From contig NC_043015.1 in the NCBI RefSeq assembly GCF_006345805.1, forward strand, positions 19,840,001 through 19,904,000: DNA of 64,000 bases, in the 5' to 3' direction. Position 1 is the stretch's first letter. Every line of letters starts with the position of its first letter. The position numbers were made by a program, and so were the translations under genes. This document shows, piece by piece, positions 27,869-42,031 of the stretch. The notes beneath the pieces were generated by a model. The model did not search any database. It saw only the letters and a list, made by a program, of their open reading frames with translations, and was not told the origin of the DNA. Source of the DNA: Octopus sinensis (taxonomy: Eukaryota).

Positions 27869-30628
27869 GCTCACACACATGCATGCATGCATGTGTCTCC
27901 TTGTCATGACATCATGGTAATTGTAAATGATTGTCAATATTGTACAAGCAGTTTCATTCATTTCCAATATGCCTGGAGATGGGGAAACAGGTGAGGTTTG
28001 GTGGCAGGAAAGGCATCCGGCCATAGAAAAACTCTATCCAACCCATGCATTCATGAAACAGTGAACATTAGAATGATGATGACACAAGGCAACAAACACA
28101 TTGAGGATTTTGGCTGGGACTGTACCTGGAAGTACTCGACTGGTAAATTATTATATTGACATTAGAAGGATTAAAAGGCAAAGTTGGCCTTGGTAGGATT
28201 TGAACTCAGTGTGTAAAGCAACAGAATAAATACTGCAAGACATATTGCTTGATGTTCTAATGATTCTGCCATCTGATAACAATAATAATCCTTTCTATTA
28301 TAGGCACAAAGCCTGAAATTTGGGGGAAGAAGGCTAGTTGATTACATCACCCCTAGTACATGACTGCTACTTAATTTATCAACTCTGAAAGGATGAAAGG
28401 CAAAGTTGACCTCGGCAGAATTTGAACTCAGAACATAAAGATGGATGAAATGCCACTAAGCATTTTACCTGGCATAGTAATGACTCTTCCAGCTCACTGC
28501 CTCTAATTTAACAATCCTTTTTATTCTGGACACAAGGCCTGAAATTTGGGAAGAGGGGGGCAAGTTGATTAGATCAAGCCCTGTATGCAACTGGCACTTG
28601 ATTGACCCTGAAAGGATTCAGACAAAGTTGACCTCGGCAGATTTTGAACTCAGAACATAAAGACATACGAAATACTACTAAGCATTTTGCCCAGCATGCT
28701 AACGATTCTGCCAGCTCGCTGCCTTTAATCTAACAATAATGAAGATAACCAAGATTGTTAATAGATGAAACAGAATGGCTAATCGATTCCTGTATGCAAC
28801 TGGTACTTAATTGATCGACCCTGAAAGGATGAAAAGCAAAGTCGACCTCAGCAGATTTTGAACTCAGAACATAAAGACAGACAAAATACCACTAAGCATT
28901 TCGCCCAGCATGCTAACAATTCTGCCAGCTCGCCACCTTTAATCTAACAATAATAAAGATAACCAAGATTGTTAATAGATGAAACAGAATGGCTAACAGT
29001 TTTCCTTACAAAGCTGACTGACTTTTGCAACACAGAAAAACATTCTTGCACAAAATTATGAAAGAAGGCTTCATGTGTATTAAATATGATAAACTTTGTA
29101 CCACAGAACCAAAACTCAGACAGTTGGGTATCAAAGGAGTTAATCTACATTTTCACTAAAGTCACGTGTGAATCAGATGTATCTGCTTGGCCACAACTAT
29201 CAGCTGAGCAAATACTTTAGCCCAGTTGTTCTTATCCTCCAATCAGCCATCCCTTTTCCCTATCATCACTCTTTTTTTTTCCTCCTCTGATAAACAAATT
29301 AAAATGATTACAGAAGTGAGATAAAATTACGTGCAAGAAAGCTAGCATTACTGACGTAAAGGATCTGTGGGGTTATTTTTATTTTATTTTTTTTTTCCTT
29401 TCACAACTCTTTGTACTTCCAGCCTTGCTACATGCATATATACATTCTTTTTTAATGAGTAGCAGAAATAACGGTAAAGCATCCTCACCATTTATAACAT
29501 CCATGTTCTATGCTGGCATGGTTTGGATGGTCCAAGGCCTGCATAGAGCTCCAAGGTCTGCTTTGACATGATTTCTACAACTGGATGCCCTTCCTAACAC
29601 CAACCGCTTTACAGCATTTACTGGGTGTTTTTTTTTTTTTTGGTGCCATCAGGCAACTCACAGAACTACAAACCCTGGGTAAAGCTGTAAAATCTGGGTA
29701 GGGTTGAAGGGTGGATGAGCAATAAACCACAAGCTAAGGAAGATAAAAGGATGCAGAAGGGAGGATGGGCATGGCAAGAATAGTAATGGTGATACAGTTG
29801 ATAAGGAGAAGACAAGAGAGGTAGATGGCATAGTTGGAAAGTCTGCAGAAGTTGTCTACAAGTATTTAATGAACATCCCTTTAAGCTGTGAGTTCAAATC
29901 TTTGCCTTTTATCCCAAGGTACCAACAAATATATTTGGGTTGAATTAATTGTTTATACACCTTCCCTTCAAAAATTTCTGGCTTTTTACGAATGTTAGAA
30001 ATCAATATATATTTTGATGAAATAGATAAAAACCAGGTGGAGGTCCATAGAACTTTCTATAAATAAATTTGGTAGAAGGAAACTTAAAGAAGCCTATCAC
30101 GTGTTTGTGCATGTGCGTATGAGGTTTGTGCATACACATACATCTGAGTGAGTGTTTGTGTGTTTGTACATGTGTGTGCATGCTTCCACATGTTGCTGCA
30201 CATGTGTGTGTGTGTGCGCGCACGTGCATGCATGCTTATTTACTTCTCTGTCTTACAAAAGTCACAAGCTATGAGCAGTGTTGCCCTTTCTATCAACAAA
30301 TCATCATCTGCCTGCTTCATACCTTTCTAAATTGTTTGAAATAAGAGATTTTTTCTTTGAAATACAAGTAAGAGTTAGTGATAGCGTAGGACATCTGACT
30401 ACAAAGCAATGACTATAGGACATTCGACTATAAAACTTAATAACAAAGCCATGAAACCCATGCTAGCATGGGGAAAATGAACATTAAACAAATAAACATA
30501 AGGGACGTGCAAATGTGGGAAAAAGAGAAAGGGGTTGACATATTAACCAACAAATACATATACTTAAATACATAAACAGACATGGAGACATGAGACAAAC
30601 AGACAGACATGGAAGCAGACCTACTTAC

Positions 30629-30695
30629 CTGATACTGTTGTATGAGTTTTAGCACCACCAAGTTCCTCTTGGGTAACATCTTCATTCGTCACAGA
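30629..30695 (-). CDS. PCCB: PCCB exon, 67 bp (SVTNEDVTQEELGGAKTHTTVS)
   Basis: Acceptor ttttttAG, donor GTaagt; identical to human PCCB apart from one residue; phase 0 to 1. Confidence 0.96.
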
Positions 30696-32889
30696 CTAAA
30701 AAACAAAATGATAAATACGTTATTTTTAAATTGTTTAAAACAAATTCAAAAACCATTTTTCGTTTTATTTTGCAACTTTTAGTTTTGTTTTTATAAATAT
30801 TATTGTATCTGTTCTCATTGTCTAATTTCTAACAATTTGAACCGGTTACACACAGATTGATGTTAAGATGAGCGACATATTTAGAAGCCTGTTGAAGTAC
30901 CTACCAACTAAAGAGTCAAAAAAGCTTGGGAATCTTCTTTGTCACTCTCTCACACACAGATCATTTTTACTGTCAATATTTTGTGGTGTATTTAGGCAAA
31001 TACACTTAATTCTAAACAGCCCAGTTCACATAAGCAGGTTTGTCAAGAATAACCACCAGAGATCTTCAAGGAATGTTACTTGAGACACACTGACATCCAA
31101 ACCATGTATATGGAGAACCTCACCTACTATGAAACCTGAACTGTCATAGGTGTGAGCATGTGAGAGTAAGCATGAATGTGTGTGTTTATGTGTATCAAAA
31201 CTGACAGATTTATTTCCATTACCTTAAGCCTCAAAACATTGAGAACCAGTGATGATAACCAAACTCTGGCTACATGCCAAAAGCCAGCGTCCTTACCACT
31301 AGACATTACTCAGGGTATGCTCAATGGCCATAGCTGTCAAACACATACAAACACAGTAAAAAGACATGCTCCTTGATATCCTCAAATACTTTTCAGAAGA
31401 AAGTCCCTATTCACATAAGTCTTTAGCCTTCTCTCACTGAAAATGTATCCTTCTTGGACAATCAAATTTCAATGCTCCCCTTCCCCCACTCCTTCTCTAC
31501 TATAAATCATATCACAGACTGGCTCTACTCTTCAGTAAACACCAGCCCAAACAAATCATTGTGATTAGGAATGAAATTGCTTTACAGGTCATATCAATCA
31601 TGTCTGTAGATCTCCTCACAAAACCAAACCAATAACTTCTAAATGCAGAAATCTGTTTGATGATGATGCTACAACTACCATTATCATTACCACACCCACC
31701 CCCACCACCAATCTCTGCTGCTATTCTCAACATCACAACTATCTTCAGCCTCATCATCATCACTATTGCTATCATTATCCTTCCATTACAAGTAACACAT
31801 GACCCACCCATCGTAATCCTTTCTCCATTTTCCTCACCATCACCACCATTCTCCACATTTATATTAATTTATCAATTATCAAATCAACATTATCCTTTCC
31901 CACTCAACTGACATGAAGATAAGAAACTTCAGGTTAATTCACTGACGAGTAAAGTCTGCCATACTCCTACCTCAGCATACATCCACTCACACCGACTTTT
32001 TTTGTTGGTTTTTTTAATCATGTTTAGGTAATTAAGCAGAAACTATTTCTTCACTAGATTCTTAGGATAACATAAAACAGTCTATAACTCCTTATCTATT
32101 TTGGTATGTTAATGATATAGACGTAGGGCACAGAAATCGGAACTGTGGAGTTACAGGGTGTGTTGTTGAATGCACTGGTCAGGACCAGTTTGAACAGGCC
32201 TATGAGAGAAGGTGAGTGAGCAGTAGGAAGGGCTGGAATCACGGAAGGGCAACAACTGTGACCTTTTGCAGGGATTCCAGCAATATGAAGCATCACAACT
32301 CAAGATTGTATAATCCTAAGATTGGAAACTGGGTTCAAAATTTTACAGCAGAACCAACTCCGTCAAAGACACCCACTGACCTGAAGGTGATTGTTGTTTT
32401 TGTTGTTATGTAACCCTGGTCAGATTTATAAGAGTAGCCTACAAGTATAGATACAGCCAGCTGAAGGATTTGGAGTAATTATTGGCATCTTATTCTTGTG
32501 TTATGCACAAGAACTAAACTAAAAGTTTGGTTGTCTGCATTTTCACTATTCTTACCCATTTATGTTATCCAAAGAACCTGGTGAAGAAATAGTGATATGT
32601 CATAATATCCTGATCACTCCTACATGTTTTTTTCACCAATCAACAAGTGTCCTGACAAACAGGATATGCCAGGGCAATTGGTCAACTATTATACATACCC
32701 TTAACCCTGCAGCATCTAAGCCAGCCATATCTGACCCAAATAATGTACCCATTGCATGTTTGAACATGAAACGGGTACAGTTTGAACTGGCCAGATCCAG
32801 CTATCCTAAACTCATTCTAAAAATTAAAAAATCACATCATTGAAATCCCAAAGCTATGAGACAATGCATGATTAATTAAAAACAATATG

Positions 32890-33823
32890 AACAAGAGCAC
32901 TCAGAGAGTGCAAACCCCAACCAAGGCAACACCAACGTCCTCTTGATTAGCCAGAAATGATTTTTAAAATGAGAATATCTGAAATAAACTTGACTGCTCT
33001 CACAAATGAGAATACTAAAAATGAACCCAACCGCTCTCAAAATTTAAATTTTAAAAAATGGAAAAATAATCCAGAATCTTTGTCTGGTATCTGATCGATC
33101 CCAATGGTATTCATGGAATATAAAGGTGGCTGTAGAAAATTTAGTAATAGCAATACATTGTTTATCCTTATCTAATATTATAAGCCAAAGTTAACAAATT
33201 CACTATTCAAAATAGTTTCAAAAGTGGAGGTAATAATAACAAGTTCTACTCAGGAATTTTTAAATGAATAGCCCTTTTGGTTTTCTCTTCTCTTAAATTC
33301 CAGCCTTCCTTTAGTATTCCTGTTGTTTTAGATCAATGTATAGATGTGTGTATATATATATAAGTATACTGTAAACTGTTAATAATGCATGTATAATATA
33401 TAATATATATATATTATAAAAATATGTTAGTGCTATTTAATTTCTGAACAGTTTTGTTGCTGTTTGTTTATGTAGTTTGATTTCTTTATCCATCAGTTTC
33501 TACTAAGATAGAGACATGAGTAAAATTAATAACAGAGAAACAAAAATAAAACATTGGAAACAGACAAAAGGGAGATAATGGAGAAAAATTTGAAAGTCAA
33601 CGTAAGATCATAATCATGTAAAGAAAATATAACAAATAATCCAGCATCCTTGTCTGGTACCAGATCGATCCCAAAATCTAATCAGTCCGTGCCAGTCTTG
33701 AGGTCAAATATCCCTGAAAGTTTCGTCCAAATCCATCAAGCTATTCTTGAGATATCTTGTCTACAGACAAACAGACAAACACGACTGAAAACAATACCTC
33801 CACTTCCGCTAAGGCAGGCATAA
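32890..33823 (+). mobile_element. Helentron/HINE-like non-autonomous element, split in two
   Basis: 5' AACAAGAGCACTCAGAGAGTGCAAACC; 3' (acag/acaa)n microsatellite followed by GAAAACAATACCTCC and a GC-rich hairpin-like end. Confidence 0.5.
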
Positions 33824-36295
33824 TAAATGAGTATTACACTTGACAGAGTAATCTCTGTAAATAAACTACAGATGTCAGAGAATGATAATTAAGGGTTCTA
33901 CCCAAAATCTCATGTTTGTCTTCACCCTATGACACTATCATAACCTACATTTTGATTTAATGGACACTTGCTGACACAGATCTCTAATGATCACTTCAAA
34001 TTCTAGTTGCTGTTGTTTAGCTCCAATCCACTCCTGATTACACAGGCTCATGATCAAAAACTATTCAACAGTTATCATCTTTGAATCAGGCATAATGGAT
34101 CCAGGATTATATTATCCAATATGTCCTATCTTTCTAAAACTGCTCATATTTCCAGAGACAGTTACATTTTAAAATATATCTGTTAATGTTAATAGATACA
34201 AAATATCTATTGACATTAATATAAATACAGCAGAACATAGAATATGTTCTTAGAAATTGGAGCTGAGAATTCAATTCTCTTCAGATGTAACTCGACAGCC
34301 AAAAGTTACAAGATATTTGTATTCAAACCAAGTCAATTTGTTGTTTTTGTTTTTTATGGCCCCCAACCCAACCACTTCCTTTAAATGGAAGAAAATGTAT
34401 TGTTGTTACCATTTTACTGGAACAAATTCTAATTTCTATAGCATGTAGTAGTTGAAAATTAGGTTTTCCTCTGTAACAGACACCAGTCTCATTATAGTAA
34501 ATGCTCACAAAAAAAGTTGAACAAAAAATTTCCAGGCTAATAAAATGTGTGTCAATTATGACTGTCTTTTATTTGAAGAAGCAAGAATGAGGTACAGAGG
34601 GGTCCAATAGTAATATAAAAGGAGAGTAAGTCAGTCAACTCTCCAGCTTTTGTAATACAAGAATAAATCAACAATGCAGAGTCTATTATTTGCTTACAGC
34701 AATAAGATAAGTTTTTACATTCTTGAAAGAAGAGAGATTCCACAGTCACCTGACAGCCAAATTCCCTCAGCTCAAATTTATCTTGAAAAACAAAAAAAAA
34801 AGGACATAAAAAATTGTTGTAATCCCAACATTATTGACATTTCAAATCATGAAGCTTAGGGGCAGTCGATTTACGGCCATGGGCTGCATGCAGCCCATCA
34901 CAGAGTTTTCTGCAATCTGTGGAAGCATTCAGCAAAAACATTTTCCAGCCACATGGTTCCAGGTTCAGTCCCACTGCACGGCACCTGGGGCAAGTGTCTT
35001 CTACTATAGCCTCGGGCCAACCAAAGCCTTCTGAGTGGAGTTGGTAGACAGAAACTGAAAGAAGCCTGTCATGTGTGTGTATGTGTGTGTGTGTGTGTGT
35101 GTTTGTGTGTCTGTGTTTGTCTCCCCTACCATCACTTGACAACCAATGTTGGTGTGTTTACATCCCCATAACTTCGCAGTTCAGCAAAAGAGATCGATAG
35201 AATAAGTACTAGACTTGCAAAGTTAAAGCCCTGGGGGGGGGTCGATCTGTTTGACTAAATGCAGTGCTCCAGCATGGCCACAGTCAAATGACTGAAACAA
35301 ATTAAAGAATAAAAAAAAACAAAGAACACACAGTACAGTACTGCTTCTACTTCGCAGATTTTCATCTATCATGGAGGGTTGGAACGTAACACCCATGATA
35401 GTCAAGGGATTACTGTAATGGCTCAAACAGCTGCAACTCCCTGACTTGCAGAGATAAGACAACCAAATGAATAATTCATTGAACTAGCAGCTCATTGATC
35501 AGGATTTCAAATTTATTGTTTGAGCTTTGTTGTCTTACGGAGTACAACAGTTTATTATGAATTGCTTCAGTTCTGTGTTATTTGTTATTAACAACAATCT
35601 GATACCCAAGTCAATGGGAGATTTACAGTTTAAAATCTCTTGCCCTTGAAAAGCCTTATGGACTCCTTAACATGAATATATAGTTGAAATTAGTCTATGA
35701 CATTGTCAGGTCATACATTGAGTTACATCAATAATACAAAACATTAAAAATAAAAGTTTATAATGATATGCAATAAAATTTCAAATTTACAGCATATAAT
35801 AAGGAAAAAGAATATATTTCGATGCTGAATCATTTCAAGGAAATGAAATTAATTAGGAAACTAATAGTGACATTTGCTTGCATCAGCAAAATTTAATTAA
35901 GTAAGATTTTAAAATTAGTGAGGATCCTGCCTAAAATATTAGAATTCTTTTCAGCTAGCACATGAAAAATTGAGCATTTTTTTTTTTTCTTTCTTCCAAA
36001 ATTTTATTTCTAGGAAATAACGATTTTTTCAAAGATAACAGAGTACAGCAAAATAATAACAATAACAGAAATTTTAAATTTGGGTCCAAGACCTAAAATT
36101 TTGGGGATGGGGCCCGTCAACAGCATCAACACCAGTATATGACTGGTACTTATTTTATTGACCCCAAAAGGATGAAAGCATTATCATCATTTAACATCAG
36201 CTTTCCATGCTGGCATGGATTGGATGGTATGACTGAAAACTGGTAAGCAGGGGGGGGGGCTGCACCAGGTCGCAATCTGATTTAGCAAGATTTCT

Positions 36296-36526
36296 TGTTT
36301 CTTTACTGCCCACAAGGGGCTAAACACAGAGGGGACAAACAAGGACAGACAAACGGATTAAGTCGATTACATCGACCCCAGTGCGTAACTGGTACTTATT
36401 TAATCGACTCCGAAAGGATGAAAGGCAAAGTCGACCTCGGCGGAATTTGAACTCAGAACGTAACGGCAGACGAAATACGGTTGCGCATTTCGCCCGGCGT
36501 GCTAACGTTTCTGCCATCTCACCACC
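36296..36526 (-). mobile_element. tRNA-derived SINE family B (Meta-domain-like centre), young copy with 14-bp TSD
   Basis: B-box GAGTTCAAATTCC; centre GCCTTTCATCCTTTCGG..GATTAAATAAGTACCAG; TTAGCAAGATTTCT at 36282-36295 and 36527-36540; older copies cluster at ~28.1-28.95 kb and ~37.2-38.8 kb. Confidence 0.85.
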
Positions 36527-39500
36527 TTAGCAAGATTTCTACAGCTGCATACCCTTCCTAACGCCAACTACTCCAAGAGTGTAGTGGGTCCTTTTTACGT
36601 GTCGCTGGCATGAGTGTCATTGACCTGACACCAGCATCGGCCATAACTATGGTCTCACTTGGCTCGACAGATTTACACAAGCATGGTATATCGTCAAAGG
36701 TCTTGGTCACCTGTCATTGCCTCCATGAGGCCCAACGTTCGGTCGGTGCTTTTTATATGCCACCAGCATGGGTGCCAGTCAGATGGCACTGACATCAGCC
36801 ACAACTGGCTGATGATATATGCATCTCTGATCTCAAGCAGGAGTAGGTGGGGAGCATCATAACCATGCGTTGTGAGGAATTCTTTGGGGTTTGAATAATT
36901 CACCTCTGGAACATGGGTGTTTCATTCATTATCCTTAAACAACACTTTCTCAAGGACCTTTTGAGCAGGATGGGCTACTTAACCTAAAGAAAATTCTATC
37001 TGGGCCCAACTTGCAAGGCCATGTGCTGTTTATTTCAATATGAGATCACCATGTCATACACATATGGTTGTGCCTGGTGTACTCTTATCAGGCGAGTAGT
37101 CATGATGGGTGTATTGAGCTTTGTATAATTGTACCCCAATGTCACTTTGATGGCATGCACTGCTCTTTCAGACAATAATAAAAATAATAATAATCGTTTC
37201 TGCTATAGGCACCAAGCCTGAAATAAGTGGGGAAGGGGCTAATTAATTACATCAACCCCAGTTCTCAACTGATACTTTATTTTACCAACCCCAAAAGGAT
37301 GAAGGTAAAGTAAACCTCAGGAGAATTTGAATTCAGAACAAAGACAAAATGCCACTAAACATTTTCTCCTGCACTACGGAAGTGGCGGTTTTTCATCATT
37401 TAATGTTCGTTGTCCATACTGGCACGGGTTGGATGGTTTGACCAGGGCTGGCAAGCTGAAAGGCTGCACCAGACTCCAATCTGATTTGGGATGGTTTTCT
37501 ACAGCTGGATGCCCTTCCTAATGCCAACCACTCCAAGAGTGTAATGGGTGCTTTTATGTGCCGCCAGCACAGGTGCCATTTGTGTGATACTAGTATCTGC
37601 CATGACTGCAATTTTGCTCAGCTCGATGGGTCTTCTTCCCAAGCACGAAATAATGCCAAATGGACTCAGTCAGTGCCTCCATTAAGCCCAGCACTCTCGG
37701 CCTTAATAATGGTTTCAAATTTTAGCAGAGGCCAACAAGTTCAAGGTGGAGGTTTAAATTGACACCATCAGCTGGTACTTCATTTTATCAATGATGAATG
37801 GCAAAACTGACCACTGTGGATTTAAACACAGAACATAAAGAATCAAAGTATTTTTGCCAACACTCATAATTCTACCAATCCATTACCATAATAATAATAA
37901 TAATCTTTTCTATTATAGGCACAAGGCCTGAAATTTGAGGGAGGGAGTAGTTGATTACATTGACCCCATTACTAAACTGGTACTTAATTTATTGACCCCG
38001 AAAGGATGAAAGATAATAATCCTTTCTACTATAGGCACAAGGCCTGGATTTTGTGGGGAGAGGGAAAGTCAATCACATCGACTTGACTGATACTTAATTT
38101 ATCGACCCCGAAAGGATGAAGGCAAAGTTGACCTTGGCGGAATGTGAACTCAGAATGTAGTGCTTGGCAAAATACCACTAAGCATTTTGTCCATTGTGCT
38201 AACAATTCTGCCAGCTCGCTGCCTGAGTATTAACAGCAATAATAAGTATTTCTACTTGAGGCACAAGGCCTTGAAAATTTTGGGGGAAGGGGGCTAGTTG
38301 ATTATATCAACCCCTAGTGCCTAACTGGTACTTATTTCATCGACCCCGAGAGGATGAAAGGTAAAGTCGATCTCGATGGAATTTGAACTCAGAACGTAAT
38401 GGCTGATGAAATACCACTAAGCATTTTACCCAGTGTGCTAAAGTAATAATAATAATAATGGTTTCTAATTTTGGCACAAGGCCAGTAGGTTCAGGGAGAG
38501 TTGTTAATTCAATTACATTAGCACCAGTTTTCAACTGGTATTAATTTTATCGACTCGAAAAAGGATGAAAGATAAAGTTGGCCCCAGCAGAATTTGAACT
38601 CAGAAACAAAAATGGAAAGATAATAATGATTTCTAATTTAGGGACAAGGCCAGTAACTTTGAAGATAGAGGATTAGTTAATACAACTGATATTTAATACT
38701 TACTTGACTGGTACTTATTAACTCCCAGAGGGATGATAGGTAAAGCTGACCTTAGTTAGATTTGAACCCAGAATGTAGAAATAATAAATAACAGTTTCTC
38801 ACATCAGCAAAAGCAACAAGTTTGTGGGAAGGGTGCAATCAATTTAATCCACTGCCAGCACTTGACTAGAAATTAATTTATTTGCAATTCCTCCCACCAA
38901 AAAGATGAAAGAAGACTAAATTATCTTCAGTGAGAGTTAATATTATTAAAGATTTGTGACTTAGGTACAAAGCTACAAATGAAGTGGATAAGGTAGAGTG
39001 ATTGAGTTTACCCCCAGTGCGGCACTGGTCATGGTTAGCTCAAACCTGAGAAGAATGACATAAAAGAGATGTAATTAACTCTCAAAAGCCTTTTAATTTG
39101 GTACTCTCCCACCACCACTCTGCAATTTCCTTGATTACACTTAATTAAAATGATTTCTCACAGCCATTCATACAAAAGCACAGATTTGTAAGATACTGTG
39201 TAAAGTTGGTTGAATCAACATCAGTTCATTTCATCATCATACTCTATGACAAAAATCAAAATCAAATATCTTTCATTTTTTACTTTCTTCAGTTACTTGT
39301 TTGTGGCCATGCTGAGGTACCACCTTGAAGGGTTTTAAATACTGGTACTATATCTGTTGGCCTCTTTTGCCAGACCACTATATTATGGGAATATAAACAA
39401 ACCAACACTGGTTGTCAGGTGGTAGTGGAACAAACTGCCCAAACACAAAGATACACATGACATGCTCCCTTACAGTTTCCACCTCCTAAATTCACTTACA

Positions 39501-40384
39501 AGGCATTGGTCAGTGAAGGGTTTTAATAGAAGACGCCCAAAGTGTCATACGGTGGGGCTGAACCAGAAATCACATGGTTGCAAAACAAGTTTCTTAGCAA
39601 TGCATTCATGCCAACACCTCAATTATATTTAATTAAAATAAACCAGAAATATTAAATGAATAATATTTGTTGTTTCATTTAATTGTTTTTTTCTGAAATT
39701 TGATTCATCTTTTTTCTTCTTTTTTGTTGATTGAGGGGGTGCAATTAGTAAATATTTTTTTTTCAATATACATTCATTAAACTCAGCTTGGTGTTAAGCT
39801 ATTTAATGCATACATATAAACTAGTACAAGGCCTTTATAGGGTGCAACTCTTATGCTGTAGGCCTCACTAGGACATTAAAGTTAGAAAGCTTCAAACTGG
39901 TGCAATGTCACCAGCAACAGCATCCTACAAGCACATCATCAACAACATCACAACTGTCACTACTTTATCATTATACTAGAACCTCCACATCACCATTGTA
40001 GTTGCCACCACCACCATCATACTGCCACCATTGTCTCTATTATCACAACTACCACCATTAGAAACCCCATGGCCCTCTTCTCCAATGTCTATGCTCAGAA
40101 TCCAATACTTATCCTTTGGCCATTACAAACACATACAAACATACAACCATCATCACTATCATTTCAATATCTACTGTTACATGCTTATATGGGTCAGATG
40201 ACATTTACCAAGGCAGATTTTCTATACCTGGATGCTCTTCCTGTCACCAACCTTCACCTGTTTCCAAGGAAGGTAATATTCCCCTAGGGCCAGACATGTT
40301 TGCACAGAATATTGGAAACAAATAACACTGCTTGTATGACAGTGACACTCATTTACAACTGCCCCTGAATGTCAAAACAAGGAG

Positions 40385-40415
<31 letters not shown>

Positions 40416-40603
40416 TTATACATATATGTATGGCAAGCTTCTTTCAGTTTCCATCAACTAAATCCACTCACAAGACTTTCATCAGTATGGAGTTATAGTA
40501 GAAGAGAGTTGCTCAAGGCGCCAAGTAGTAGAAACGAATCCAAAACCAAAGCAAAGTTCTTGACCACACAGCAAAACACATCCCTTGAAATTAATCGATT
40601 TAA

Positions 40604-40825
40604 CCCTTTCGATACCAACCCGGCTGAAACCACCTCCAGCTCTGAGGTACAAATGTCTTGTTTTCATAAGTTCTGAATTAAAATCTTTCACCAAACCTTA
40701 GTTATCATTAAGCTATTATTAGGAACATAAATTGTGACTAACTTATTTTACTAAATTCTTTGTTATATTTAAAATAAATTGAAAGAAACACAGAGTATCT
40801 CAACAGAAATATGATAACAAAAGGG
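40604..40825 (+). mobile_element. 222-bp TTAA-flanked piggyBac-like MITE, copy 1
   Basis: TTAA-CCCTTT...AAAGGG-TTAA. Confidence 0.8.
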
Positions 40826-40952
40826 TTAATAAGAAAGATAATCAGCAGAAGACATGAGACCTCAAATGTGGTCCCTCTATATGCTAGAAATAATAGCCTA
40901 AATTTCCAACTGTTTCTAACGTGCAAGTACCCAAATATAGAGGTGTGTTTAA

Positions 40953-41174
40953 CCCTTTTGATACCAACCTGGCTGAAACCACCTCTGGCTCTGTAGTACA
41001 ACTGTCTCATTTTCAAAAGTTCTGAATTAAAATCTTCCACCAAACCTTAATCACAATTAATATTCCTAACACCAGCTTAATGATGACAAAGTTATTATAT
41101 TAAATTCTTTGTTATATTTAAAATTAACTGAAAGACACACAGAGCATCTCAACTGAAATATGGTAAAGAAAGGG
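40953..41174 (+). mobile_element. 222-bp TTAA-flanked piggyBac-like MITE, copy 2
   Basis: Same termini, length and internal sequence as copy 1. Confidence 0.8.
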
Positions 41175-41810
41175 TTAAAGTCCATTTGTTCATGTTGGTA
41201 TGGGTTGGACAAGCCAAGAGTGCAGCAGACTACCATTCTTCACAATTTCAAATCATCTTACTTCAAGAATCTTCGCAATTGAACTTGCCATTTATCCCCA
41301 TAACTTTCACAGTTAGCAGATGGTATTTTTCCACCCACCAAGTGTCATCCATACATATATGTCTACAGTAAATCAGTTAAAGTGATGACAATTATGTAAA
41401 CACAGCGGCAGATATTTAGTGATAAATATTTTATGCCAACATCTGTTTTAATTATGAATAAATTAACTGCAAAACCTTCCCACCTAAAATCATATTAGAC
41501 ACTCAACTAATTTCAACAACAACTCTGCTGTTCCTTTCTGTCTCAAATTGCTACTTAGAATGAAAACTAATACCTGCTAATATATAAAATTAATTTACAT
41601 CTAACACCCAACGGGTCCTTGACAGTATTGTTGGAACAGCAGACAAAATGCCTTGCAGTATTTAGTTATGCCCCTTTCATTCTGAGTTCAAATCTTGTCA
41701 CGGTTACTTTTGCCATTCTATACTTTCAGCCATGATACTATGAAATACTAATAAAATAATGGAGTTGATATAACTGACCATACACTCATACAACTACCAT
41801 ACACTCATTC

Positions 41811-42031
41811 AAATTTGTGGCCCTGTGCCCACAATACAAATTTGTGGCCCTGTGTCCACAATACGAATTTGTGGCCCTGTGTCCACAATATAAATTTGTG
41901 GCCCTGTGCCCACAAAATAAATTTGTGGCCCTGTGTCCACACATATATAAATTTGTGGCCCTATGTCCACAATACAAATTTGTGGCCGAGTCCACAATAC
42001 AAATTTGTGGCCCTGTGTCCACAATACAAAT
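41811..42031 (+). repeat. 27-bp minisatellite, ~8 copies (AAATTTGTGGCCCTGTGTCCACAATAC)
   Basis: Directly readable tandem units, no spacers. Confidence 0.95.

Noticed and set aside
32100-32400. Possible LINE endonuclease remnant
   Set aside because: Only a vague motif resemblance with several stops; cannot be supported without a search
41811-42031. CRISPR-like array, or repeat protein ORFs (CGHRATNLY)n
   Set aside because: Units are contiguous with no unique spacers, there are no cas genes and the context is eukaryotic; the ORFs arise only because 27 is divisible by 3
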